Part shown: positions 39,271 to 50,655 of the stretch, piece after piece
Numbering within the stretch: the stretch's first letter is position 1
Layout: every line of letters starts with the position of its first letter
DNA from: Candidatus Dadabacteria bacterium
GTDB taxonomy: Bacteria; Desulfobacterota_D; UBA1144; Nemesobacterales; CSP1-2
Length of the DNA stretch: 64,000 nt
Assembly (NCBI GenBank): GCA_963805855.1
Contig: CAWDVW010000002.1
Location: 544,001-608,000, forward strand
Direction: 5' to 3'
Notes under the pieces: model-generated
What the model was told of the DNA's origin: nothing
What the model saw: the letters and a program-made list of their open reading frames with translations, nothing else
Database searches by the model: none
Made by a program: the position numbers and the translations under genes

Positions 39271-41997
39271 TCATTTTGGAAATACAATCGTAAAGTCGGT
39301 CCCAGCCTGTGTGGCGACAGTTATAAATCCGCCAAGCTGTTGAATCAGAGCCGTTATCAATTGAAATCCCAGCGTTTCTGATTTCTCGATATCAAATTTC
39401 TCAGGAAGACCTATGCCATCGTCTTTTATTATCAATGTGCAGTTTTGATCATCGGTTGATGTTTTAATTGAGATTTCACCTCTCTTATCAGGAAAGGCGT
39501 GTTTCAGACAATTTGACAGAATCTCATTGATTAACAAACCACAGGGAATCGCTCTATCAATACTTAATTCGGTTTTACAAATATTAGTGTTTATTTTTAT
39601 GTCCTTCGTACTAATTCCGTATGAATCGACGAAATTACTGACTAACGTACTTATATATTCGTCAAAGTCCAAGGTTGCCATGTCACTTGATTCGTATAAT
39701 TGCTCATGTATAAAGGCCATGGAAATAATGCGGTCCTGAGTTTCAGCAAGCATTTTAACCACTTTTTCATCTTCAATAAAATCAGACTGAAGTTCGAGCA
39801 AGCTTGAAATTACCTGTAAATTATTCTTTACGCGATGATAAACTTCCTTAAGAAGTACCTCTTTATCTTTTAGGGATGATTTCAATTGCTTTTCTACTTT
39901 CTTCCTCTTGGTGATCTCCCTCCTTAATTCCGTATTTGTCCTAGTTAGCTCCATTGTTCGTTCCAAGACTTTAGCTTCAAGAAGGACATTTGACTCTCGT
40001 AGAGCTTCTGCATGGGCGGCGTTATTTATCGCAAGCTCAATTTGCTGAGCTACTATCTCCAGTAGTTTTAGTTCTACTTCAGTGAAAGCGCTTTTCTTCA
40101 AGAATGAACTTATGCCTATTGCTCCTATTGTTTTACCTTCAAAGTAAATTGGCATCGAAACATAACTCTTTGTTCCCGCCTCCCTTCCGGTTTGGCCGAT
40201 GACGGTATCCTGATCCACATCCGGGCAATATATAGGTTTTCCATCAATGATTGTTCTCCAAATAAAACCCCTGGGATAGGGAATCCGATTCACTTGCTTG
40301 ATAAAATCGTCATGATAGCCGCTATAAGACCTCAAAACAGCTTCATCTTCATCCACCAAATAAATACCGACATTTTCTGCGCTCTCTATATTTTTACTTA
40401 TTTCAACCACTGCGCTTTCTATAACCTTCTGAAGATCAAGCGACTGATGGACACTCCTGGTCACCGCGCTTATGATTTCTTCATAACGCTTCTTTTTAGA
40501 TAACTCTCTATACAGATTTGCTTTCGCTATTGCTATGGCAATCTGACTGCCAATAGAGGTAAGCAATTCCTCTTCAGATTTGGTAAAGTCCTTTTCTTCA
40601 TAGCCGAGCAGCCAGATCACTCCAGCGGTTTTCCCCTCTATAGCCACCGGTATTCCCAACATGCTGCGCAAGCCCAGTTCCCACTCAAACCGTTCGACGC
40701 CGGGGCCATCTCTCGCATTCTTAACGTTCACGATCTCTCCAGATTTAATTACCTTCCAGGTTAGCCCTCTGGGATATGGAATCCTGCCCGCGCTCTCCAC
40801 ATAACCGCTTGGGAAGTTTCTCTGAGCCTGCATAACAGCTTCACACTTTACTTCATCTACAAGATAGATACACGCAAGATCAACATATCCCAGTTCAAGA
40901 ATCTTATCCAGCGCAACATCGTAAATCTCCTCAAGATTAATGGATTGATTCATCACTCTGGTTATGTAATTCAGTATCCTTAATTCCTCCTCCCGATTCT
41001 TGCGCTCTGTGATATCACGAGCAATGCCTCGATAACCTTGAAGAACGCCGTGAGTGTCGAAAACAGGAGAACCGCTGGTTTCAAGCACAACAGAGTACCC
41101 ATTCTTATGAATTAGGGTTTTTTCTAGACGAGTAAATGCCGCGTTACTTTCGATAAAGGGGGCTATGACCTCATAAAACCGCGATTCCTCTTTTGGAGTC
41201 ATAAAGTCGAACGTTGTTTTTCCGATAACCTCCTCAGGTCTATAGCCTATGATCTCAGATACCTGAGGACTAACGTAAATGAAAGCCCCATATTTATCGA
41301 TTTCCCACACCCAGTCGTTCGTCTGCTCCACTAGATTACGAAACTTCTCCTCACTCAACCAAAGCGCTTCGGCCTGCTTCGCATTGTGGACTGCGATTTC
41401 CAACTGTTGGGTAATAACTTCCAGTAATTTTAGATCCTCCTCATCAAATGCATTTTTTTGACACGAGTTTATGCTTGTTACACCTACTACCTGTGCTTGG
41501 AAGTAAATAGGCGTCGATAAGTAACTTTTAATTCCCGATTCCCTTCCGGCATAGCCGAGAAGGGAATCTTTATCGACATCAGAGCAATAGATTGGCTTTC
41601 CGTCTAGTATTGTCTTCCAGGTTAGTCCCTTCGGATAGGGTATTCTACCGGCTTTCTCGATATAACGATCGCTCAAACCCCTTTGGGTTTTGAGGTTAGC
41701 GACGTTCCCCTCTATAATATAAATTCCGACAGAATCCACCTTATCAATGCTTTTTATCAACCCATCGACAGAGTTTTCGAGAACCTCTTCCAGGCGGATC
41801 GATTTATGGACCCATTTTATAACATCCTTTATGACGAGATCGTATCTGTTTTTTTTTGAAAGTTTATTCAGTAATTCATGTTGGGTGATTTGGGCTTGAT
41901 CGCCGGAAAAACCTAAGGAAGGTGAGTCATGGCTATGGAATGAGGATCCGAATTTTTGATCCTTTAATCCGGCAGTTCTATCGTCTTTATCCCCCAT
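39271..41997 (-). CDS. GAF-PAS-GAF-GAF sensor kinase, HisKA_2 type
   Basis: Three GAF repeats (RIPYP.G..W), PAS/PAC, EVYHRVKNNLQVISSLL and DDGIG. Confidence 0.9.
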   Translation of the reverse strand: MGDKDDRTAGLKDQKFGSSFHSHDSPSLGFSGDQAQITQHELLNKLSKKNRYDLVIKDVIKWVHKSIRLEEVLENSVDGLIKSIDKVDSVGIYIIEGNVANLKTQRGLSDRYIEKAGRIPYPKGLTWKTILDGKPIYCSDVDKDSLLGYAGRESGIKSYLSTPIYFQAQVVGVTSINSCQKNAFDEEDLKLLEVITQQLEIAVHNAKQAEALWLSEEKFRNLVEQTNDWVWEIDKYGAFIYVSPQVSEIIGYRPEEVIGKTTFDFMTPKEESRFYEVIAPFIESNAAFTRLEKTLIHKNGYSVVLETSGSPVFDTHGVLQGYRGIARDITERKNREEELRILNYITRVMNQSINLEEIYDVALDKILELGYVDLACIYLVDEVKCEAVMQAQRNFPSGYVESAGRIPYPRGLTWKVIKSGEIVNVKNARDGPGVERFEWELGLRSMLGIPVAIEGKTAGVIWLLGYEEKDFTKSEEELLTSIGSQIAIAIAKANLYRELSKKKRYEEIISAVTRSVHQSLDLQKVIESAVVEISKNIESAENVGIYLVDEDEAVLRSYSGYHDDFIKQVNRIPYPRGFIWRTIIDGKPIYCPDVDQDTVIGQTGREAGTKSYVSMPIYFEGKTIGAIGISSFLKKSAFTEVELKLLEIVAQQIELAINNAAHAEALRESNVLLEAKVLERTMELTRTNTELRREITKRKKVEKQLKSSLKDKEVLLKEVYHRVKNNLQVISSLLELQSDFIEDEKVVKMLAETQDRIISMAFIHEQLYESSDMATLDFDEYISTLVSNFVDSYGISTKDIKINTNICKTELSIDRAIPCGLLINEILSNCLKHAFPDKRGEISIKTSTDDQNCTLIIKDDGIGLPEKFDIEKSETLGFQLITALIQQLGGFITVATQAGTDFTIVFPK

Positions 41998-42565
41998 GAT
42001 GATACCCCCTCCACTATTTATCCGAGATCTATAATGCCTGCTACTGAAATTCTTTCCGGCTTAGTATCATTGAATATTTTGAATTAGATTTGCTATGTCG
42101 ATAGTTAGAATTGGGTGAAGGATGCTTAATGAAGCAGATTTAAATATCAAGATTTTATCGGATATAAGAAAACGGCTATTTAAAGCTGCCAAAAGATTCT
42201 ACACTCCATATGTAGAAATGACTTCTCTCTTTGTATAAGGAGTGTTACCTTTTCTCTTTTCACCCAATCGCCTCTACCCATCCCATTTGAAGAAAATTAT
42301 ATTTTATTTTGCTATTCTAAGTCAAGCAAAATTTTTGACCACGTACAAATTAGTTGAATTAAACAAAAGACTTGCACGCCGTCAATTAGTGCCCGCTAAT
42401 TTGATTTATCGATATAGACTTTAGGCCGATATTTGGATCGAGAATAGAGGACGCTACTCCTGGTTTTAATCTCCTACGCGACCAACTAAAAACAAATATC
42501 TGGTTAGTGCATGCTATAAGAAAAGTCCGGAATACGTCAGTGCCTCTAGCAGTAAAAGGTATTAA

Positions 42566-43288
42566 CTAACGACCTACTGCTTTTTTTAGAGCGTCGAGCT
42601 CATGCGCCCTAAAATATCTCCATTCTCCCTTTGGAAGATTATCCAGTTTTATGGGACCGACTGATATTCTCTTTAACTTCAATACAGGGTGGCCGAACTC
42701 AGAAAGAAACCTCTTAACCAAACGATTACGACCCTCGTGAAAGGCTATCTCTACTACTGTCTCTTTATCATCATATTTTACAACATTAATACTATCTGGC
42801 ATCGCATAACCGTCCTTTAGCTCGGCACCTCCTCTCATTCTTCTAAGTGTGTCCTTGTTTACCTTACCTCTCACGGTTGCTTGGTAAACCTTGCTCAATT
42901 TGTAACTCGGATGCAGTATCTTATGAGCAAGTTCACCGTCATTGGTTAGAATCAAAAGACCCTCCGTATCGTAATCCAGTCTCCCGACAGGATAAACCCT
43001 TTCCGGTATCTCAGTTATCAGCTCATCAATTGTTTTCTTGTCGTCTTCGCCTTTTCCAAGGGCCGTGAGAAAAAACCTGGGCTTATTAAGCAACACATAC
43101 CTTTTCCTTTCAATTCCCAAGGTCTTTCTTCCAACTCTTACCTCATCGGTTTCAGTGTCAATCCTGCATCCTAACTCATTCACCACTACGCCGTTAACCC
43201 TGACTTTTCCACTAATAATTAGTTCATCAGCATTGCGCCTGGATGAAATACCACACATCGAAAGGTATCTGTTAAGCCTTACTTTCAA
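42566..43288 (-). CDS. rluB: rRNA pseudouridine synthase (RluB/RsuA family)
   Basis: S4 domain (RLNRYLS..G..SRR), VGRLDYDTEGL, EGRNR. Confidence 0.85.
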   Translation of the reverse strand: MKVRLNRYLSMCGISSRRNADELIISGKVRVNGVVVNELGCRIDTETDEVRVGRKTLGIERKRYVLLNKPRFFLTALGKGEDDKKTIDELITEIPERVYPVGRLDYDTEGLLILTNDGELAHKILHPSYKLSKVYQATVRGKVNKDTLRRMRGGAELKDGYAMPDSINVVKYDDKETVVEIAFHEGRNRLVKRFLSEFGHPVLKLKRISVGPIKLDNLPKGEWRYFRAHELDALKKAVGR

Positions 43289-43523
43289 ATTTGTGGTCTC
43301 CGATTTAGCAAATTATATGTATTTAGCATGATACCATTGTTAGATAACAGTTTATCGAATCTAAGCTCTATAATTGAGCTAATAGCTAATAATGAATAAT
43401 AGATGAGTTTGCTTCAATTTCGGAATTTATCGTTCGACTGAGCTCACGACGAAGTCCTGAGCGAATCGACGGGCAAATTTCGCAATGACGTTACGCCAAA
43501 TGTCATTGCCGTAGATTTTGCAT

Positions 43524-43697
43524 AATTCGGGGACAGTATCTTAGGTTTTAAATGGGCATTCAAAAAATTTCCAAAATCAATTCAGGAAGCGTTAAAAAAA
43601 GTGACAATCATTACTGTCATCTCGAAGGAGCAAAGTGACTGAGAGATCTTTATTTATTAAAAAAGAAAGATATCTCGCCGTTGCTCGATATGACAGA
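43524..43697 (+). mobile_element. Repeated element, copy B (partial)
   Basis: AATTCGGGGACAGT...AAATGGGCATTCAAAAAA...CTGTCATCTCGAAGG shared with 32728. Confidence 0.7.
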
Positions 43698-43720
43698 TGA
43701 AACACAAGGAATGCAACTAT

Positions 43721-43796
43721 ATCGGGACAAGAATGTCCCGACTATCCATAATAAATTCCGTCATCAACAACGATAGGCGGGGTTTTCCATCCCCGC
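43721..43796. repeat. REP doublet with GATAG feet
   Basis: Inverted counterpart of the 1-77 doublet. Confidence 0.7.
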
Positions 43797-43990
43797 ATAG
43801 ATAAAACACATTGATTGGAAACCAGAGGGTTTCCTCTACGTCCTTTTCGATAATCCAGGAAGGAAAGACCTTCAGTCATAAACTTCAAAACCTTCGTACA
43901 CGCATAACAACAATCCCTTCTTTGCCGCGCCCCGGCTTTTTTAACTGCCATTCTTACACTTCCATAATTGTATACCTTTCTTAATTTTAC

Positions 43991-44368
43991 TCAGTCGAAC
44001 AGTTTGACCCTAAGCATAGCGCCGCCCATCAGCTTATTTGCTTTAATCACGCCCACCGATAGTCGGCACCTATCAAGATAAGACTTCTCTGAAGACAGGT
44101 TCTTGTCCCAAGCCATCTTTTCCCTAACCATATCATTAAAGTCAAATTGCTGTTCAAAAGGCTCGGTGAGTCCTGTGAATTCTAATGTCTCTTCGGAAGG
44201 ATTTCGGTCTTTATAAGCGTCCGTCTCATCCTTCAGATGGATGTCCTGTTTCTTTAACCACTTGTCATTCCTCTCTGAGGTTTGGGTGGCAGTTTCCTGA
44301 GCCATTAGATTTGCGGAGACGATGAGGAGTGAAACAACAGTAAGTAGTGAGATTCTTATACCTTTCAC
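43991..44368 (-). CDS. Secreted hypothetical protein
   Basis: Signal peptide, GGGGA RBS and upstream TTGACA-N17-TATCCT (44399-44427). Confidence 0.65.
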   Translation of the reverse strand: MKGIRISLLTVVSLLIVSANLMAQETATQTSERNDKWLKKQDIHLKDETDAYKDRNPSEETLEFTGLTEPFEQQFDFNDMVREKMAWDKNLSSEKSYLDRCRLSVGVIKANKLMGGAMLRVKLFD

Positions 44369-44660
44369 GATTCCCCCGTTAAAATAACCCTAACTATCAG
44401 GATATTATTTCAGAAATCGTTTGTCAATAGTTTTTTTCGACCGGTTGATAGGTTGCTACGAAGGTTTGCCCTGGTGGTTTAGGAATGACACTCCCTGCAG
44501 CAAGCTGCAGAATATCATAATAGAAGCTGAAACTCTCAGATTTCATCGCCGTAGAAGTTAGATATTTCGTGGACAGAATCCAAAAAATAATAGATTTCCT
44601 GGAAATTTACTCATCCGTCATCCTCGAGTGTTTTTATCGGGGATCCATCGTTTAATTTCT

Positions 44661-44884
44661 TTTTTTCTTTGTCTTGATACTAAAGAAACAAAAATCAAGG
44701 GCTGACAAAAAACGCTTGCGTATCGAGCGAATGCGAGATATCTATTACTATAATTAATTAGTTCTCTCAGTCACTTTGTTCCTTCGAGATGACAATAATC
44801 ATTGTCGCTTTTTTTAACGCTTCCGGAATTGATTTTGGCAATTTTTTGAATGCCCATTTAAAATCTAAGATACTGTCGCCAATT
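44661..44884 (-). mobile_element. Repeated element, copy C (inverted)
   Basis: Reverse complement of 32728-32955. Confidence 0.7.
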
Positions 44885-45259
44885 ATGTAACATCTAGAAT
44901 GACACGCCAAGGGAAGCCCTGTAGCAAGCTACGGGGAATCCACTAGTTGAATATTATTTTTGCTCAATACGCACAGAAATATCGATTTTCGCGGAAATAG
45001 GGGGACAGACGGTTCTTCCACAAATGTCTGTCCCCATATGAACCAAGATACAACCTTAGATATATCCAAAGTCTTAGTGACAATGCATGTGGAGCATCAT
45101 AAATTGGCATAACTGGCAAAGTAAAGGTACTTCCAACATATTGTAATTATTAACTTTAATAATAGTTTGTCAGTCGGGCAAAAAAAGTGCTTTACTTTAG
45201 AGCCATTTTGTGATATAAAATGCAATCAATCCAAAAACACTCTATTGGGGGTAGTCCTA

Positions 45260-48200
45260 ATGAAAGATAGAAGGTTCGTATTTTACGCGGCCCTTATCAT
45301 CGTTACGGGCGCGGTCTTTGCCGCGGCGTCATTCATCGGCAAAGCGCAAAATGGAGGTGACACGGCTCGGCAGCCTGGCACCACGCTGACTGAAAACGAT
45401 TTCGTGAAGGATCCGACTTTATTCGCTATTCCAGACGCAGGAGTGGCGGTGACATTCCTCGAGAATCCCGATTCCATATCAGGGCCAGATGACACCGGGA
45501 CAATTGGAATGGATATGATCCCATTTAAATACGCGAGCGGAATGAATCAAACCTTCTGCTGGCAGGACGACAACAAAGAGTCCAGGCATTTTATGACCCT
45601 TGTGGACAGCAGTGGAACCGAAGTGCTGAGGGTGGAGGCTAATGGAGACTGTGTAACTCAATTCATAAACCAGGGTAATTACGAGATGCGTATTCAGCAT
45701 GACGACAGCACCGACGAGGTATCTGCCACGGTATTTTCCATCCCAGAAGAGAATGCTGACAACTCATCCGAAACTACAATAAGTACAAACAAATGCCAGG
45801 GGTGCGACCTGAGCGGGGCCGACTTCAGCAATGCAATCCTTACAAACGTAAACCTGCATGGGGCTGACCTTTCCGGCGCCAATCTTTCTAACGCCGATCT
45901 CAGTGGCGCAAACCTGAGCGATACGCTTCTGGCTAGCGCAGATCTTAGAGGAGCAAACCTGACCAATGCGAATTTGAGCGGCGCGGATCTTACGAATGCG
46001 AATCTTAGCGGAGCTAAGTTTGGCGGCGCTGTAGGTCTCGCGGTTACGCGACCGGCGGAACAACCTGAATTGGCCCAGGAAGAGCCCGAAGCGCCGAATC
46101 CTTGTCCCAATGGGATTCTGCGACCGATACCGGTGAAGGAAGACATGCAAGACCTCGTGCTAAGCCAGGCATGCATGGTACCGGCCGGGACCTATCAGTA
46201 CGGAGAGATCGATATCATAAACGGCGGCAGCTTAACCTTTAAAGACGAGAAGATTAACTTCTGGGCAAAGTCTATATTGATTCAAAATGGGGGGAGCCTG
46301 ATTGCGGGATCTACGTCCGATCCCATCGGCAAAGCCGGGGGACAGATAACTTTTCATCTTTACGGTAAGGACCAGGGTGCCGGGGGGAAGGGAATCACGT
46401 GCAAGAAAATTGAAATGGGTAAGCCTGTCACCGATCCGATGTGCGGCGTCGACGAAACTACCTGGAACAGCAATAAAAATCCTCCTCTTAATCCCACTTC
46501 GTGTACCCCCTCCATGAATCTTCCGGGAAGCGATTGCTTCTACCAGTATGGCACTCTTCCGGTTGACACAGGAGATACAGCTGCGTACTTCGGCTACAAG
46601 GTGATCGCCGTTTCATACGGCGGGACACTTCAATTATTCGGCCAAAAGGGCGCGACCTATGACGGTACAAATGTGCAGCCTTCTAATTCCGGCAAAAGCT
46701 GGGTCAGGCTGGCTAAGGACCTGAAAGGCGCCGAGTCCGAGCTAACGGTCGATGATCATGAAAACCCGGTTGATTGGAAAGAGGGCGACCATATCGTGGT
46801 CACGACCACGGATTATCTTCCGGGGCACTCGGAGGAGCTTACAATTACAGGCACGATGAAGGATTCAGACACCAGTAACACTATTATCAATGTGACTCCG
46901 CAGATCCAGTTTCCTCACAGCGGCACGGCATACCCATTCCCATCGGATTTAAAGACCGCCACCGGGATTGAGGCCACGAAGGCCGAAACACGCGCCGCCG
47001 TGGCTCTCCTTACGAGGAGCATACGCATTGTATCTGGCCCCAATAGCGATACGATCGACCAAAGCCTGCTGAATTGTGACACCAAAGAAAATCCGAAACC
47101 ATGTTTCCCCGTGTCCGACGGCTTTATTGGCGGACATACCATCGTCAGGCAGGGGTTTAAGACCTTCCAGGTGCAGGGGGTTGAGTTCTACCAGCTCGGT
47201 CAGGGCGGACGATTGGGCCACTATCCTGTCCACTTCCATCTAGCACGTAAGACCCCGCCGGACACGTTCGTGAAGGATTGTTCCGTACATGATTCTATGA
47301 CGCGCTTTATTACGGTTCACGCGACCCAGGGCGTGCTCCTCGCGAGAAACGTGGGTTACATGTCCATAGGTCATGGCTTTTACCTCGAGGACGGCACAGA
47401 GATAAATAACAAGCTCTATTCCAACATAGGAATCCTCGCCCGCTCCGCGGCTCAAAACGGCCCGAACGCGCCGAACCCCTTGAATCCCCGCATGGTGCCC
47501 GGCATTCTGTCCTCGCCAAAAATATGCTCAGGTGCGCAGACAAAGAGCTGTAAGACCGACGCCGATTGCACTGCGAGTGAGGGGACTTGCATAAATTATC
47601 CTTTGGCATTTCCCTATTTAACTGATTGGGCTCGTCCTGCTGTGTTCTGGTTCATGAACGGCTGGAATGATTTTGAGTACAACATGGCTGCGGGGGCCGG
47701 CGCCTGCGGAATGTGTTTTTGGCCTGTCGATGCCAAGATAAGCGGTCCATCCAAAAACATGTTCTGGACATCCTACGCCTCCATCCAGAGAAATCATGCC
47801 GGCACGGCCCCTATCATGAAGTTTAAGGGTAATTACTGCACGACCGCGATGAATTCCTTCAATACCACATCAGACGTAGGCGATTGTCATGGCGTTCTTG
47901 ACGGGTCTTTGCGACTAGACCAAGTCCCAAATACATTTGCAGCCGTACCAAATCCTAACAGAGATGCAGAGACCTATTATCCAATCGTTTCAGGCCTCCC
48001 GGCTTATACGCGGTGTGAGGGGGAAAATACTGATTGTAGCTCAATCAATCCGTGTGCCGAAGGCAACAGGGAGAATTGCATGGTCACAGTGCTCGACACA
48101 TATACCACCTCCTTCAACTGGGGCCAGAAAAACTTCTCGGCAATATGGCTCCGCCCTCGCTGGTCCCTCGTCCAGAACAGCGTGATTACAGATGTGCAGC

Positions 48201-50311
48201 AGGCCGGCTTGACATTCGTAACTGGTGGCGACTACACCCATTCGAGCGTGATAACCGGCAACTGGATGCTTGCGAGAAAGAATGTCTTCATAGGAACCAC
48301 ACAGCCGGATAACCCGTTTGCTTACGCCGCGGGACCGTTTAACCCAAAAGGCATCAAAAAATGCGATAATCCGATGGCGGATAGTAATTATTGCCTTTCT
48401 CGAGAGCAGCAAATAAGCATACAGCTTGATGGGTTCGGAACGAATCAGCGCTTCTTCAATATCTATGACGGCCCCTCCCTTCAGGACTCAAACGCCTATC
48501 TGGATATCAAGAAGACCTTCATCGACGATTGCCCGTTTCCTAATAACAACCTACAGTGCAACAACAGCGGGTGGATGTATGGAAAAGTCCTGGGCATTCC
48601 AGGTGATGAAAAGAAAAAGATGGGCTATTTGCCGAACGCTGCAATTGCCTGGAAACAGTCCAACGGATTTTACTATCCCCCTGCTTTTCACTCGAAAAAC
48701 CTATTCTTCGACAATAGACCGTCACCACATGGTGTCGACATCCGCCACTTTGTCATCGAACCTCTGTTTGCCCCTGAAACAGCCAAAACGTGGTTTAAGA
48801 CAAGCAGTGATGTGAACCAGCATTACGCCACATGGAATTCGACGATGTTCAACAATTTCACTGCAATAGACCGTCAAACCATACTTAACGACGACGACGG
48901 CTCCCTAACAGGACTAATCGGTACGGTATCGGTCAATGAGGATCCATTCTTCAACGCCCCCGTGGAAACCATCGAGTGCCTGTCTGACGAGACCGCGAAA
49001 ACCAATCCTTACGATCATATAACAACCGTGGTTTATCCCGATTGCGCGAACACCAATACCTGTGACACGGGCAAAAAGTTTTGCGATCCAACTAAAGGAC
49101 CTTGTCCTTGCAATAAAGACGTATGCGATCCTACTTGTGACTGGTGTGCTAATTGTACAATCACTGGCGAGACGGGATGTTACGGCGTCCCCCTCTACCG
49201 CCAATTCCTGACTTTGTCCGAAAAAGACATGGAAAAGGCCGGGAAAGAACCGGACACGAAGATTCGTATGATGGGGCCAGCGGTCTTTGGCCGCATCAAC
49301 CTGACTGCAAACCGTGGCAAGTACTACATCTCCACCACAGACGGAACGACTCAGCAGAGCCCCACGCCGCTCAAGAACATCTTCAGGAAAGGTGATAAAT
49401 ATTATGTCTTCCTTGTATACGCCAAACCCAGTGCCAGGCAGACATACCAGATTTATGTCGGGGCTATGGCTAATCTTGACGCGAATGCTCCGCAAAACGT
49501 GGAGGCTGTCGGTGCAAACCTGGCGACCAAGGCCCTGGAATTTGATAGCATCTGTACAAAACTGGATTCCTCGTTATGTGAGAACGGCTTCCCAAAAAAT
49601 TGGGAAAGACAATACGACAGTGCTACCGGAATATTGACCGTAACCATGAACCTCAGCGACCTTGGTGGGCAGTTCGATAATGCCAGAGAGGATATCTGTC
49701 AGCCACACACATTTTGCAAACCTTCGGGGAACACGTGCGAATGTGTTGATAGCTTAAAACGATGAAGACTGCGTTAATGGTCATATTTGCAGTGAATGGG
49801 CCGTCAAGGACATCGATTGCCCCGTTTTTGTAGTCAAAGTAGACGACAAGGAACAGAGGTTCTCCCGCTGCGTCGGGTTTTCATTCACCATTCCGCAAGA
49901 CGGGGACTTTTCTGCGGATGGCACAGATCAAAGGCCAAAACCCAGTCCCATATCTAGTTTAGAAAACTGCTTCCCGATTGAAGACTGGAACTTTTCCTGG
50001 TCTTGCGCTGACGAAAAACTCGCGGGGGATTGCGGACATCCGCCGCTTCCGGCCGCGATTGGGATGACCCAGTTTTGTGAAGATAACACCGATAAGATGT
50101 GCGTTAGGGGGATCGGTGGCGGGGGCCCAGCCCCAATGGGCGGCGGGGGCGAAGGGGACGAGGGCGCCAGTTGGTTCCTGTCATTCACTTGCTGGCGCGG
50201 CGCCTGTGCAGCTAGGTACGGCGATGGCTAACATACTGATACCGCTTGTTCCAGCAGTAGCGGTCGGACTTCGAGGTGCTTAGGAGAAAGAAGAAGAAGG
50301 GGCAGAAGTAA
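45260..50311 (+). CDS. Large secreted G8-domain / beta-helix protein with pentapeptide repeats; C-terminus frameshifted
   Basis: Signal peptide, A(D/N)LSG pentapeptides, G8-like [50 protein letters not shown]. Main ORF ends at 49765, but coding continues in other frames ([21 protein letters not shown]...) to a TM plus RRKKKK tail ending at 50311. Confidence 0.75.
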
Positions 50312-50655
50312 AATAGGTAGCGCACAAAGATAGAAGGGTTTCAGCCCTTCTATCTTTGATAAGTAAGAGAAGCAGGTTACTCGATCGCAGCCGCTGGAAC
50401 TTCTCTTTCGATTCCACTCTATCTCCTGGTTCCTGTTTTTCTTATTATGAGAAGGATCTGGAGGACGCACGACCAAAAGCGTAATTGATACCGGGCGTAT
50501 TCGCGCGGGTCAGGTCTTGATACGACATGCTATGAGTAGTAAATTTTCGGGGTGGCAAGACCTTTAAGGATAGGAATCCCAGTGGCCTCGCATCATGTGA
50601 TGACGGTGACTGATATATCAGTCCCGCGCTTCACCCGTTAGCTTGGAGATTGCAT

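Noticed and set aside
44493-44940. CCCTGTAGCAAGCTAC(G)GGG-type hairpins (also about 9526 and 5386) as IS200/IS605 ends
   Set aside because: No tnpA or tnpB is nearby; only short degenerate palindromes, so no element can be delimited.
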